Below, piece after piece: positions 26,979-40,274 of a stretch of 64,000 nucleotides of DNA. How positions within the stretch are numbered: position 1 is the first letter of the stretch; each line of letters starts with the position of its first letter. The translations under genes were made by a program, and so were the position numbers. The notes under the pieces were generated by a model that saw only the letters and a list, made by a program, of their open reading frames with translations, made no database searches and was not told where the DNA came from. This DNA is from Eledone cirrhosa (taxonomy: Eukaryota): contig OZ024742.1 in the NCBI GenBank assembly GCA_964016885.1, forward strand, positions 69,688,001 through 69,752,000, in the 5' to 3' direction.

Positions 26979-27633
26979 AACAGGAGGCATGTATTGGTGT
27001 AAATCCTTGAAAGGTTTATTATAATATGATTATTTCAATGACCGGGTTCAGTATGAATCCGGTGACATTATCAGGTAAGAACCCGGTCATTGAAATGATC
27101 ATAGTATAATAAACCTTTCAAGGATTTACACCAGTACTTTGTAATAATTAACTCCGTACTCGCACCACCAACTACACAGACGAAGACGGGTGGTTGCATT
27201 ATGTTGAGTGCTTTCCATAACATTACATCGTGATTGACCACACGGAATGACCAGTTCTATCCAGTGGTGAACCAACAAACCCAAATAAATAAATATATAT
27301 ATAAAAATTAGGTAAATATCTCACTGAGTACTAAGTACCCATAGAGATATATAGGGTGTCTATAATATAATTGTTGTTCTATGGTACTAATTCACTTTAA
27401 CGGCCATAACTCATACGAGCTGGTAGTTGGGATTATAATTGCAGACCGAGGGACTTAAGTCCTTTAGGAGGAAATAGCTATCTGATGAAATTTACTTTCC
27501 GTTGGAAATTCTCCGAATTTCTAATCTTTTGTAAATGGAAACCGCCGGTAATAGCATTATGAACAGGAAGATATTTAAATAATTTTTTAATTTATTTAAA
27601 GGATTGTTTAATGTTTGTTTCTTCTGCTCATCA

Positions 27634-27666
<33 letters not shown>

Positions 27667-27670
<4 letters not shown>

Positions 27671-28151
27671 TGCTTTGGGAGGGTCATGTTGCCAATAAGA
27701 AACACACGGACCAGTTGCTTTCAATTCAATTTATTATAAATTAAATTTATAAATTTAAGAATTTATAAATTTCCGTTGGTTGGTTCCATAACCGGACGGT
27801 TGTTCATATATTGTCAAAGTTCTTTCGTCACACATTCTGTGACCTCTTCAGTGACTGGGGATTCTTTTCTTTGTTTGGTGCCTGTCCTTTGTTCTGTCCT
27901 CAAAACAAGATGACGTAGGACAGAACAAAGGAGAGGCACAAAACAAAGAAAAGAATCTCCGGTCACTGAAGAGGTCACAGAATGTGTGACGAAAGAACTT
28001 TGACAATATATGAACAACCGTCCGGTTATGGAACCAACCAACCGGAAATTTATAAATTCTTAAATTTATAAATTTGATTTATAATAAATTGGAGTGAAAG
28101 CAACTGGTGCGTATGTTTCTTATTGGCAACATGACCCTCCCAAAGCATAAC
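27667..28151. mobile_element. Fold-back element: ~234-bp inverted arms, 16-bp loop, a hammerhead in each arm
   Basis: 27667-27900 is the near-perfect reverse complement of 27917-28151 and lies between (TA)n tracts. Decayed relatives occur at ~38660-38840 and ~50450-50590. Confidence 0.9.
27962..28004 (+). ncRNA. Minimal type-I hammerhead ribozyme (mirror copy at 27812-27854, - strand)
   Basis: GUCA-CUGAAGA-G-GUCACA gaaug UGUGAC-GAAA-GAAC-UU^-UGAC: stem I, stem II and the core are intact. Confidence 0.75.
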
Positions 28152-29949
28152 AATATCGGTTTCAACAGACGTTTTCAGATAAAGAATCTTGCTAAACAAA
28201 TTCAGAAACGAAATATATATATATATAGTATTAAGGATACTATTTATGGTTATGTTTATACTAAAACTTTTTCTAGTTATATATATTTTAAACCCTAAAC
28301 AGTGAAAGACAGTAATTTATTACTACCTTATTACCAGTAAGATAAATAGCTCAATGTAATAACATCAGTTGTTCTACAGAGCAGTTATATAAAAATCACA
28401 TGAATCAAAGTTCTGTTCAAACCATTTATTAGCTTACAATTGTTTCGTCCAAACCGAGGTTTGGAGTCTACGGAGCAATTGTTCAATGATTGTTTACATA
28501 CATGACCTCCTTTCCAACACAAGAGACATACAAAACATATGTATATATCGATGCACAGTGGGGTGACATCCTTTATAATATTTTAGCATGGCAATTTACA
28601 TTCAAAAATTAAAATCATATTAAAAGAAAATTAAAACAAAATTAAAGTTAAAATACAACATCGGCAGTTTACGAAGATAATGCGAGAGGATAGTGTGAAG
28701 TAGTTACTGTATGCAATAGTTACACGTGGGGCATGTACGTGTGTCTTATTTATATAAGATTATTGTGCGGCAAGGTGTTATATGCAGTACAAGCACTTAA
28801 AGCGGGTAACCAAGAGTATTATGGGGATTGTATTGGTAAAGTATTTTTTATTTTTTATGTATGATAAAGAAGCTTGTGTGCAGAGAAATATTAAAAAGGA
28901 GAAGCAAAATAATGTTATGGTTTTTGTATACACCACCATTTTCACAATCCAGGAAACGTAATATATAGATTATAAGTCGTTCACATAATTAACGATGATT
29001 CAGTATTGGATGCTTGATGTATTAGGTTAGATTATTACAGCTTGTTGTTCTTTAATCCAATTTTATAGAGCAGGTTGTTTTTGTTGCGATAATTTACATC
29101 GTTTGATTTTCCGGAAGTATGTGTGTGAATAAGGGGAGTTAATGCGTGAGGGGAGGTAACTAGCTGATTTCTATAACTAAATTTATTATTCCAATGTACA
29201 TTAAACGTTGTCCCAATTGAGTCCCTTACATATATGGTTATACACAGTTTCTAAATTTAAGTATCCTATCTTTAAATTACAGTCTACTCTATCAAGAATA
29301 CTAAAGGTGTCCATATTAGGATGATTACCCTCTATCATAGAGTGCCATAACTGAATATTCCAAATCAATGATCTTTGTAAATGTAGTCTACCCACAGAAC
29401 CTGGCAGGGTTTTATTAGAACCACGTCTATATACAACCCCTGGTAAGCTCTGGGTCAGCGCATGTCTGATTGCATGGCAAAGTTAAATATCTCTAGGGTA
29501 GACCAGAGAGCAATTCTCACTTACAATGTCATTAATCTGTCTATCAAGTCATACATGTATGTATAACTCATATACCACTTGTACATAATTCATTGTACTC
29601 AACATATAGGTTATATAGCTCCTTTATGTTAATAAATTAATCTTCTATTTATCCAATGATGGCACTCCATACACAGAACAACATTAGCACAAATAATTCA
29701 GTGTTTAAAGTTTACATTTAATTATATAGTGGTGTAATGTAGTCTAAGTAATTGAAGGCAATCCTACTAAAAGTAGATGTACATGGGGATATTTCTAGGG
29801 TAAAAGGTTCTAGATAGATGTCACTAATTGTGTTAAGATAGGGTGGATCATTGAGTGTGGAGTTATGGTGTAAGGTGTGCCCTTGAGGTGTGTTGCTAGA
29901 AGTGGTGATGGGTTCAAGTCTGACGTTGCTATATATTGGGTTTAAAGTT

Positions 29950-30706
29950 TTGGAAGGAGTGTCAGGAGCGGTGCTGGCATGACGCGAACACTTCTGATTT
30001 TTTATTAAGGAGGTTATGGTTTGAGAAGATAATAGTATGGGTCTCTAGTAGACAGAGGTTACAAAATTTATTAGGTGGTTTGTACGATGTCGCCTTACCT
30101 ATCACTTCCCATTTAAGTGTATAAGATCTATTTTTAGTTTTTAGATAGTGTATGTAGCTAGACTGTGTTTGTTGAAGGAGTGTAGGTGCGAATTGTATCT
30201 GGTTTTGAAGCAGTTTGAAGTAGAGCCTATATAGGTTTCAGAAGAGTTGCTAGTTGTGACGGTGCATGAGTATATGATATCCTTGATTAAGCATGTTTTA
30301 TCTAAAGGGCAGGTTCTATTAGATCTACAGTTACAATTATTCTGGGTGTTAGTCTGCCGGTTATTATGTTGTGTAGAAGTCTGGATGGTAGCTGTAGGAT
30401 TATGGTTATGGGGTTGTCGTTCCCAGCGTTATTGCTTACACTAGTGGTATTACTATTATTACTATTGTTATCAGGGTTAGTTGATATAATGTTATTTTGA
30501 AGGTTTACCGCCTGTTATGATTTAGTTTGTTGGAAATAAGAATTAATTTTTCTTTTATTGCTACTAGCTATGTGGTATGCTATGTTAGGCGTAGTAGAGT
30601 AGGAGATTTTAATTGTGTTTTTGTTTAAAAGGCTATGGTACTTGTGGCCAGATGGGAAGTTTTATCTAGGAGTGAGAAGAAAGCCTTAGGTAGGTTGGTA
30701 GAGACG

Positions 30707-30710
<4 letters not shown>
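29950..30710 (-). mobile_element. Penelope-like element remnant (GIY-YIG endonuclease)
   Basis: The minus strand reads CNCRSNRTCPLDKTCLIKDIIYSCTVTTSNSSETYIGSTSNCFKTRYNSH; the remnant ends at (TA)n. Confidence 0.8.
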
Positions 30711-30737
<27 letters not shown>

Positions 30738-30738
<1 letters not shown>

Positions 30739-31400
30739 GTGAGGTATATGATTTTTAATGCGATGAAATACCAATGATCGTTGGCAAATCACTGATAAAG
30801 GGACTCATTTTATAACATGCAATCCATGTGCAACCATGCAGTATTCTTCTCCCCATATTTTTCACATATATTTACCTAAACTGCGATTCTGTGTTTCTCT
30901 CTTTCTCTCTTACTGCTCCCCCGTTCTCTCTGTTTCTCTTACTTTCTTTCGTCCCCTCTGTCATGTCAGTTAACACTTTCTCTCTACTGACCTCTTCCTC
31001 GCACTTCCACTCACTCTCTGTTTCTCCCCTTCTTACCTCCTCCCGTTCGCTACGAAAACGATTTTCCTTCTTTCTTACATCGGGTTCACTAGCGGAAGGT
31101 CTGTTTCTTACTCGCACAGGTATTCAAACAGCTTATACTGACAGAATAACCATGTTGCTTGTGTTTCTTTCTATCTTCGGTTAGCTTTCCCCTGTGTTCT
31201 TTACTTCTCTCACTCGCTTTACGCGTTTCAATTGTCCTAATAACTTATTTTAGTTATTTTCGCACCAACGTGAGATATATGATTTTTAATGCGATGAAAT
31301 ACCAATGATCGTTGGCAAATCACTGATGAGGGACTCATTTTATAACATGCAATCCATGTGCAACCATGCAGTATTCTTCTCCCCATATTTTTCATATATA
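30738..31400. repeat. ~660-bp ORF-less unit with ~133-bp terminal direct repeats between (TA)n tracts
   Basis: cgtgag.tatatgatttttaatgcg...ccccatatttttca.atata occurs at 30738 and 31269. Confidence 0.85.
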
Positions 31401-31584
31401 TATATATATATAAAGATTTATTTATTTATTTATTTATTTATCAAAATAACAGATTAAAGTTTAAGCAAAGAATCGCTGCTTTCACCTTTAACGAGATCTT
31501 CTGAAATACGAAATTCCAATAAATATACGTACACACACACACACAAACACCCCCGCCCCCACACATACACATGTATATATATTA

Positions 31585-32305
31585 GAATATTTCGTATTTC
31601 TAAAGAAATACGGTATGTGTATAGATAAACATTTAGAAAGCCGTAGTTATGCAAAAACACCGGAGGCTATCACCCCCTGGTAGCAGAAGCAAGGGGGACA
31701 ATCGTCGATCCATTTTGAACTTAATGAGTCTCATCAGGACGATCCCACCTACTCTTGCGACTGCTGGACTTGAAAAGGCGAGAATATATAGTTTTCTCGT
31801 CTGTGTAAATGATGTGATTAATCTCATTTGCATATGAAGCTGTATAAGTTGGCTCAGCATATAATAGGATTTAGCTTCGAGCATAGCTGTATGTATTGGA
31901 ATTTCGTATTTCACAAAGAAATACGGTATGTTTATAGATAAACATTTAGAAAGCCGTAGCTATGCTAAAACACGGCTTTCTAAATGTTTATCTACAAATA
32001 TACCGTCTATGAGATTAATCACCTCATTTGTACAGACGAGAAAACTATATATTCTCGCCTGTTTTCAGGTCCAGAAGTCGCAAGAGCGGGAGGGATCGTC
32101 CTGATGTGGACCAGTTGAGTTCTAAATACATCAACGATTGTCCCCCTTGCTTCTGCTGGACACCACCAGGGGGCGATAGCCTCCGGTGTTTTTGCATAGC
32201 TACGGCTTTCTAAATGTTTATCGATATACATTCCGTATCGCTTTAGAAATATGAAATTCCAATATATATCTGTATACAGCTGTGCTCGAAACTAAATCCT
32301 AATTC
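31585..32305. mobile_element. Nested tandem + inverted non-coding element with hammerhead remnants (mirror copy ~60100-60820)
   Basis: 31585-31830 is inverted at 32008-32270, with an inner hairpin at 31924-32006. Each unit holds atcgtc-ctgatg(a)...(g)aaa-tg.a-tc-(g)acgat. Confidence 0.75.
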
Positions 32306-32663
32306 TATTCTCTCTCTATATATATATAGTATAAACAAAGTTTCATACACTTAACATGTATGTGCGACCATTCGTTACGAGGTCTAGTGATTGCCACCAC
32401 TGTATATTGGAGGTAGCACGTGGACGGACATATGAACTACTATCCCCCGAAGATTTTTACTCCAAACTGTGAAGATCTTTATATTTGAAACAAGGGAGAT
32501 AAATCTAGCTTGAAATCTCTCCAAAGATAAATTTTTCAAGTTTTTCAAAGTATATTTTTGGTTTTTGTACCTTCCAATGATCAAGAGAGGTAACTCTCGA
32601 ATTTATCAGTTTGTAAATGGCTAAATTAATTAAAGTAAGTTATATAAACCAAAATATAAATAG

Positions 32664-32775
<112 letters not shown>

Positions 32776-33189
32776 CATTATAAAATATTTGAAAAAAAAA
32801 AGAAAATCCATAGATATTTACGCGCCCCATGCATGTATAAACTTGCACACATACATACGGATACATATACATGGCATATATGTATCTATGTATATATATA
32901 TATCTACTCAAATCTTGTGTCATGATTGGTGTTTCCCAAACTTAAGTTTGGAGATGTAAATGGTTGTATGTATGCGTGATCTTTGGTTGCAGTATGATGT
33001 TGCAACCTTAAGGTCTCCTTCAACAAGCCGTTAATTCGTGTACGTATGTGGTGCGCTCGTCGAGGGGTACTTGGGGTGTATAGTGTCATGGAGGGTTCAG
33101 GAGGTAGGTCTGGTGAAGTGGTGTCTTATGGTGTGGGCTTCCAGTTGGATTAAAAGATGGGTGTTTTGATGCAAGCATGATCTGAAGAT

Positions 33190-33575
33190 TACTGTCTTTG
33201 TATTGGGATATATATCCCGCTAGTATAAATCCTGTAAGACTCTGAATTTCTCCCTTACGCAGAGCGAGCATTTTTTGCTTCCAATTTTGTATGACATGGA
33301 CATTTCAAGCACTTTCCATGTGATTTCATGGGGTATTCTCTTTACTTTTAGCTGCCAGACACTTTTCGTGCTAGTGCTGTGGTGGTTTTCATGGTGGGAT
33401 ATCTAAATGAGGAAAGGTGCAAGAAGAATCTTTGTTTAAAACAGTCCTGTACAATATCCACATATTTTTCGCAGATCTCTGGCTTGGCGTTTGTGTATTT
33501 GCACTCTGCTTCGTATATTATGGACTTAATATCACCGTTTTGCTGTAATTGACAGTCGTCTTTCTTCTTGCAAGC
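33190..33575 (-). mobile_element. Penelope-like GIY-YIG remnant (mirror copy ~58797-59180, +)
   Basis: CKKKDDCQLQQNGDIKSIIYEAECK...FKQRF and KCSLCVREK-like pieces. Confidence 0.6.
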
Positions 33576-33689
33576 AATGAGAAATTCAGGATCTTACAGG
33601 GTTTAAGACATTCTAACAACATGTTCGTAGTACTCTCAATTCTTACAATTAATTTAGCCCCTTGCTTCTATCACTCATAAACACAGCCC

Positions 33690-35640
33690 GATGTAGAATG
33701 CACTGCGCAGGCTTCCTTGAGAAAACGAGAGTCTTAGTGTTCGCAGCCCTTGTTGTCATTTCTGTCGTGTAGCATCCAGCAAAAACCAATCAAGTGCATG
33801 TCGGAGATCATCTTCAAACATACAAATGATCCCCTTAAAACGAATTATGTAATATCATGTCGTACGCAAATTCCAGCCGATTGATCCTATACCCACCAGT
33901 ATTGATTTCACTTCCAACCCATTCCCAATCCTATCCACGAATATTATGACAGTCCGCACCCTTAGTTTCGACTTAGTACCATTTATTCGTATAGAAACAT
34001 CAGAGCAACAAGAAGCTGTCTTTCGATCACATACTCATGCAGAATCTTCAACAATAAGTCCTTTGGAACGCGGTCATGTCTTTTCGAGGCCTACGAAACA
34101 GGCATGCGCTTCTTGGCAATATTCACACGATTTCTCAAGGACCTGTCGCAGTGAGTATATTGTGACAGGTCCTTGGAGAAAATCACACTGTTCGTCTGCT
34201 AGCTTGGACTCTACAATATCCCTACATCTCTTTGCCAAATACATAGCATTGACTTTACCGGGGAGATCCCTCTATAATTGAAGCAATCTCTCTTGTCTCC
34301 CTTTTTGAAAATTGGGGTTATCACTCACGGTTGTCATTGCTCAGGTACTTTTCCAGGGATTCAGTCTACCCGGTACACATGAGTTAGCCAGAGAATATAT
34401 TCTCTATTTAATGCTTCTGTCATCTCGAGCCGAATTTCATCCCGCAGAGAGGTTTTGTCACATTTGAGCTCTTCAATTGCTCTTGTGACCTCAGCCTCTG
34501 AGAAGTTAATCATTGTTTTCAGATGCACCTCATGTACATCAGAAGATGCTCTTATGACTAGGTTTAGAGATCGGCAAAGTATTCGCTCTACCTTGCGAGG
34601 ATGCTTCTGGAGAGAGGAGAACTCTAGACGCATTTATGGTAGCAGGCGTGGAAGGCACTTCTTATTATGAATTTGGCGGAGAGTCTACCAGTATAGTTTA
34701 TTTGCAGTTTAACGCAAAAGTACTCACATGTCTTAATTTTGGGTGCCTTTGCTGTCTCTGCTATAACCTTTTGCGCTTGCTTGTACCGCAAGTGCATGAA
34801 GGAGGACTCATTTCAAAGCTAATCTTTGAAACTCCTCTTTTAGCTCGAATGGGATCTTTGACTTCTTGATTGTAACAAGGGGTCGTTCTGTCACCTGTAC
34901 CACAGCAATTCGATTTCACACGCAGCATTAAACAGCTGAAGCAGAAACTGCCGAGCTGAACAGTCTCCACTCAGTTTCAACGCCTTCAGTTTGCTCAACG
35001 CCTTCTCTGAATTTGGATGCAATAGTATCCATCTGGTTCTGACTTCCTTATCTGTAAACGCTTGCCACTTTATCGTGTAGGTCGAGTTCGACCCTCCAGT
35101 TTTGTTTTAGATAATCTCAAGTTGCAGATAACTAGATGGTGATCAACTGTTAGCTCAGTCCCTCCAGCACAGAATCGAAGAGATCAGAGAGATTAACAAA
35201 ATCAATTTTTAATCTCACTCCCCGATGTGTATTTATTGTTGTCTTTCTGCTGGAAGAAGGTGTTCGCAATAGAGAACCCACTCCCGCCAATATAGTCATT
35301 TCTGGGGTTACACCTGATTAGTAGAATTTCTATCATCTATCCAAATCTATAATACCAGAGCCACGGAAATTTGTTGAAGAAACCCCGACTATATCTAGCC
35401 GATAGCATTTGGCTTCCTACACTAACACCTGTAAGGCTTGTAGCGTTCCAGTTACCTGTGGATACGGTTTGCTCTCTTCCGGACCCTCACCTTCACGGGT
35501 CAACTAAAAGTACCAAATTGGTGCCAGGTGAGAATAAGACCACCAAAACACTGCTATATGCCCGGAAACAATAAAGTCAGTCATACCACATCGACTTTCG
35601 CATGGGATAACAAGAGACGCGTTCAGGCCGAAGGTAGGGG
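33690..35640 (-). mobile_element. Degenerate RTE-like LINE (mirror copy ~57040-58765, +), related to 5271-7190
   Basis: DEIRLEMTEALNRE, KRCRDIVESKLADEQCDF, ANTFFQQK and DIVGVSST pieces. Confidence 0.75.
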
Positions 35641-35789
35641 GGGGGGGGCTGTTCGAAAAACATATTGCAGTCCCCATCCAACACTGCAAGTTACTGGCCT
35701 CCGACAGACCAGATATTGTTTTGCTTTGAACATCTGAATAGTAAATTTATTCTTAATTCCTTTTCATTTATTCTATTTGATATTTCCAG

Positions 35790-35876
35790 ATTTCTCTATT
35801 CTACGCAAGAGTCTCTAATCCAGGCTGTCTCACTGCAGCTTATTTGTTCAATATCGATAGTTCAACAATACTTACG
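35790..35876 (+). CDS. GRL exon 3 (ISLFYARVSNPGCLTAAYLFNIDSSTILT; anchor/TM7a)
   Basis: ttccag acceptor, 87 bp in phase 0, ACG|gtaag donor. The peptide matches the GR pattern F...l.....tA..lF.id..tl. Confidence 0.9.
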
Positions 35877-37231
35877 GTAAGAAGCCATTCTGATAATTTT
35901 GAAATAGTTATTTATATAAATCCAATGGAAAAATTCATATTGAAAGCGCTTGCTAGACTCACAAATATATTTTCTTCTAATTTAGTATTCAGATTATTAA
36001 GCAGATGACAAAGTCGTTAAGATATCGGATAGAATGCTTCAAGTTTACTTCCCGTGGTCAGTTTTGGCTCTCCCGTGGTCAGTTTCAGGGCTGATAAATA
36101 AGGTCCAGCACATATGTTGATTCTTTATCGCTCTCCTCTCTTGAGAAAAATAGGCTATTCTTGGCCTGGAGCGGGATGGGCTCAGTCAAATTTAAAATGT
36201 GTCGCGACAGTGCCCCTAAGACTATATCAAGTGATCATGGCCCATGTATGGATTTATACTGTCAAAACTAATACTGTGTTGCTACCAAAAACTAGATGCT
36301 TATATTCGTTTATAACGTATAATACAACACTATTTTCTGTTATTTTCCTTGCTCCAGTTCTGGCTGTAAATATAGTTAGCAGTGGACCTCGTATGACAAT
36401 TTGTATTTATTTTTGTATCTCTTTGTATGCAACAGTTAGACAAATGAATAAATAACTATCAAATATACAAAAGATCAATGGTTTAGACAAATAAATAGTT
36501 ACATAATTTAATAGAGGACAAATCAATAATTTAGATAAATGAACAAGACGTTAATTATTGACATATTCAATTATATGGAGGACTCCCAAAAGTATTTTGT
36601 AGTGAAACACTTATAGAATTTCTAAAAATCGCAGAACTCGTTCCTATAATATACCGATATTCACCGCTCCATAATTATAATAAAATATTACATGAAATAA
36701 TAATTGTTATATAGTGGTGATTTATTCATATAAAAATACATATATTAAGCCTAGAACTATTTCGCGAATCCCTAGGTTTCTCCGAACTCACTTTAGGTTA
36801 TACTAGGCCATAATTTCATTAAGTGTATAATATGGTATTCTTATGAAACTATTTTGCAAGTAAATTATGCTGGCCAACAAATAGTGTTGCAAATTTCTAT
36901 ATCTAAGATATATTTCTATATCTAAAATAAATAAAAATTGAAGAGTAGAGGTACCAGCAAAACGAATTTGCTAATCCCCGGTCTTGACAAATAACCTACA
37001 CTGATAACCAAGCATTTAATCTAATAATCTTCATTGACCATTAGATAGTCTACACTGACAATCAAATAATATACAGTTATAACTGAACAATCTACACTGC
37101 AAAATTACCTCCAGTTGTTTCAAACCAACATATTTACCGGACCTGACAATGTGCAAATCCTCTGACCCTTACAATTATCGTTCTATCGCAATATCACACT
37201 TCCAATATCACAAACGTAATGGAGGCTGCCA

Positions 37232-37420
37232 CTGATTGTTTCTACTTTTGGGATAAGACCAGCAATTATTCCAGTGTATTACTAGTACTTAATTTTATCG
37301 ACCCCGTAAGGAATAAAGGCAAAGTTAACCTCGGCGGGATTTGAACTCAGTTCATAAAGGGACGCAACTGTGCTGCAAAGCATGGCGGCCGACCCTCTAC
37401 CGATACTGCCAATTCACCGC
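37232..37420 (-). mobile_element. tRNA-derived SINE in GRL intron 3 (mirror copy 55338-55449 lacks its head)
   Basis: Full A box, B box and body on the - strand. Confidence 0.9.
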
Positions 37421-37565
37421 ACCAACTAGTCTAGAGTTTCGAAAAAAATAATCAATATTGAGTATTAAATATTTGTTATTTATTATCAAATATAATATAA
37501 AATGACCCTGTTAAATATGTCAAACTGATCTTGCCTCACCGCTCTTATTTCTTCTATTTAACTAG

Positions 37566-37664
37566 ATAGGTGGGACACTCTTGTCCTATGGTGTAATTGT
37601 GTTCCAGACCAGTGCATTAGCTGTACCCAGCAACCCGAATATAACGAATGATACAGTTGTCTGA
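37566..37664 (+). CDS. GRL exon 4 (IGGTLLSYGVIVFQTSALAVPSNPNITNDTVV*; TM7b)
   Basis: actag acceptor, phase 0. SYGVIVFQ corresponds to the GR signature TYhhhhhQF. Stop TGA at 37662-37664; AATAAA hexamers at 38216 and 38224. Confidence 0.9.
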   Translation: MGGTLLSYGVIVFQTSALAVPSNPNITNDTVV

Positions 37665-38875
37665 TCTCTTTTATCCGGATTAAAATATCATCGATTTCCT
37701 ACTCACTTCGGTAATAGTGTGTTTGTTAATGCTTTTACTAAGCATGTAATCGTTTGCTACTCTCACATGTAATCACAGCTCTTCTGTAATATATGGATTT
37801 TCTGACAGCAATACAACAGGCCTTGAAATACAATAGCTTGGCGTATATTTGTTTTGACCATTATTTATTTTCATTTTGTATCACCTGTTTACAGGTTTAC
37901 AGCATGTCAGGTTATTTTTTTTATTATCTCATTACAAATAAATTTTCAAAAGACTTTGGTATTTCGGTTTTGCCACCGATATACATATCATTCGCTGACA
38001 ACATTCGTTTCGCTGATGAGATCTGTAATACAGAAATATGTCATTAACTGTAAACATGTATGGTACAAATATCATATTTTCCTCTAAATGCGTAAATATA
38101 TTTTGTGATATAAATTCCAAATTTCTTGTAATGTTCTCTCCCTTTTCTTTTTGAGTCGCTAAGAGTTACTGCTAGAACTTAGCATTCCACTAAATATGTT
38201 CCATATATTTTAAATAATAAACTAATAAAATGCCATAATGCATCTCACAAAGTAAATATTCTACACAATGACCCCCAATACAATAACAAAATTTAACAAC
38301 GCAAATTCTACATATTTAACTCTTAATACACCATATCTTTTATATAACAACATCCGAATACTATAACATAATACAGCACAGCTTAGTCTTTAGATATTCT
38401 ACAGATCACATCTCAATACAATGACACGGCTTAAGCTGTACAACAAACTATACCCCCCCCACGCACACACACACATAAAATACACGTAGATATGACAAAC
38501 ACAAACACACATACACACACGCACGCACACACACACACACACTCATAGATACGCAGGCGCAAACACGAAACATAAAAAATCACTACAAAACAAACAAAGA
38601 CAAGATGGAGTAGAAGTTTAAGACCAAGAAAAAGAGAAGGCACAAAAGAGACAATCATTGTGGAGGTCACAGAATGTGTGACGAATGAACTTTGATAAAC
38701 AAATTGATTGTTCCTACTTTAGGCACAAGGCCAGCAATTACCCACAAATTAATAACGAACAATAAAGACAAAGTGAAATTATATGGTGCGTGTCTTTCTA
38801 TTGGCAATTTTGGCAATATGACCATCCCCAAATATAACAATATATATATATATAAATAATATATATATATATATA

Positions 38876-38975
<100 letters not shown>

Positions 38976-38996
38976 CGTGTGTGGGGGGGGGGTGAT

Positions 38997-39290
38997 TAAT
39001 AATTGTTTCTACTTTAGGCACAAGACCAGCAAATACCCAGTGCATTACTGGTACTTTATTTTATCGACCCCGTAAGGATGAAAGGCAAAGTAAACCTCGG
39101 CGGGATTTGAACTCAGAATGGCAAGGACCGTAACTCTATGCGTCAAAGCATTTAATAATTGTTTCTACTTTTGGCACAAGGCCAGCAAATACCCAGTACA
39201 TTACTGGTACTTTATTTTATCGACCCCGTAAGGATGAAAGGCAAAGTTAACCTCGGCGGGATTTGAACTCAGAATGGCAAGGGCCGTAAT
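38997..39290 (-). mobile_element. Two tandem 5'-truncated SINE copies, left arm only
   Basis: The SINE body is repeated at ~38997-39150 and ~39153-39290 and is absent from the mirrored position near 49830. Confidence 0.85.
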
Positions 39291-40274
39291 AAGTAGGAAC
39301 AAGGTGTCAAAGTACCATCATTAAATTTATTCAGGCGCGACGCGCGTTTCATGATTGATCAATGTTCGGTCTATATCGATCGGAACCAACTCTGGAATCA
39401 ACAGCTCATCAGACTCTTGGTTCGTTAATGATTGGAGATATCCACGTACAACTTTCAAAAAATATGTATTTCTCATTCAGTTGGGGTATTCTGTCGTTCT
39501 TTGTTTTGATTGGTTGTTTTGAGGAGAAATCTATTGGAGAAGGTAGAAGAGAGGGAAGGAGATAAAAAGAGGATAAAGATAGATAAGGAGATAAAAGAAC
39601 AACGAGGGGGAAGAGGTGTAAGTGAGGAGAGAAAAAAGGGCAGCGTCATTGGACTTGGAGTAAAGATAGGGTGATATGAGAAGGGTTAGAGGGATGGTTG
39701 TTAGATGGCGTTGGTTAGGGGCCATTACGTAGGGATAAGGTATGAGAATGCGGTTTATTTGGTTTGTTGGACTTCCGATCGGCTCTCTCTGTTCTTTTTG
39801 TTTTTACTTTTTATATAAGTTTACTTTTAACAACACTCCCCTCGCCAAACCCCCGATCCCTCTCACTAACCCTCAATCTTTCACCAGGTGTCTCTGTTAG
39901 ACTATTGAAATACCATGAATGATAATAGCAGCCTCTCCCTACGACCAACGAAATAATATGGTATTCCAGTGACAGAGAGGGGTCTGAAATATCTCACTAT
40001 GACTGGGATGCTACCGAAATGAAAGCAAGTTAGACGTCTCGGAGGGGTGTTGGCACTGAGAGGGAGGGGCAGCGGGCAAAGGCGCAGCCATGCTGAGGTT
40101 AACTATGTACTGCATTTCCCGGCGCCGAAGACGCTTAGTCCTCGAGGATGCACCCTAATTTTGACAACAACAAATTTGAAAAAAAAAATAATAAACAACC
40201 TTCGGCCTCCAGAACGCATGGTAGATTTTTTAGACTTATTTCAGGAACAAAGTAGCGTCTCGACGCAGGGGAAT

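Larger units (their letters stand above)
25031..27137 (-). mobile_element. ORF-less Penelope-like / retrozyme-like element: 100-bp direct repeats (25031-25130, 26978-27077) plus an inverted partial copy (27079-27137)
   Basis: taacaggaggcatgt...gacat(c/t)atcaggta occurs twice and contains a hammerhead core on the - strand. Internal imperfect repeats lie at ~25650-25770 and ~25962-26082. Confidence 0.6.

Noticed and set aside
37793-38120. Possible extra exon or ORFs downstream of GRL exon 4, conserved in both arms
   Set aside because: Lies in the probable 3' UTR. The conservation is explained by the duplication and no recognisable protein pattern is present.
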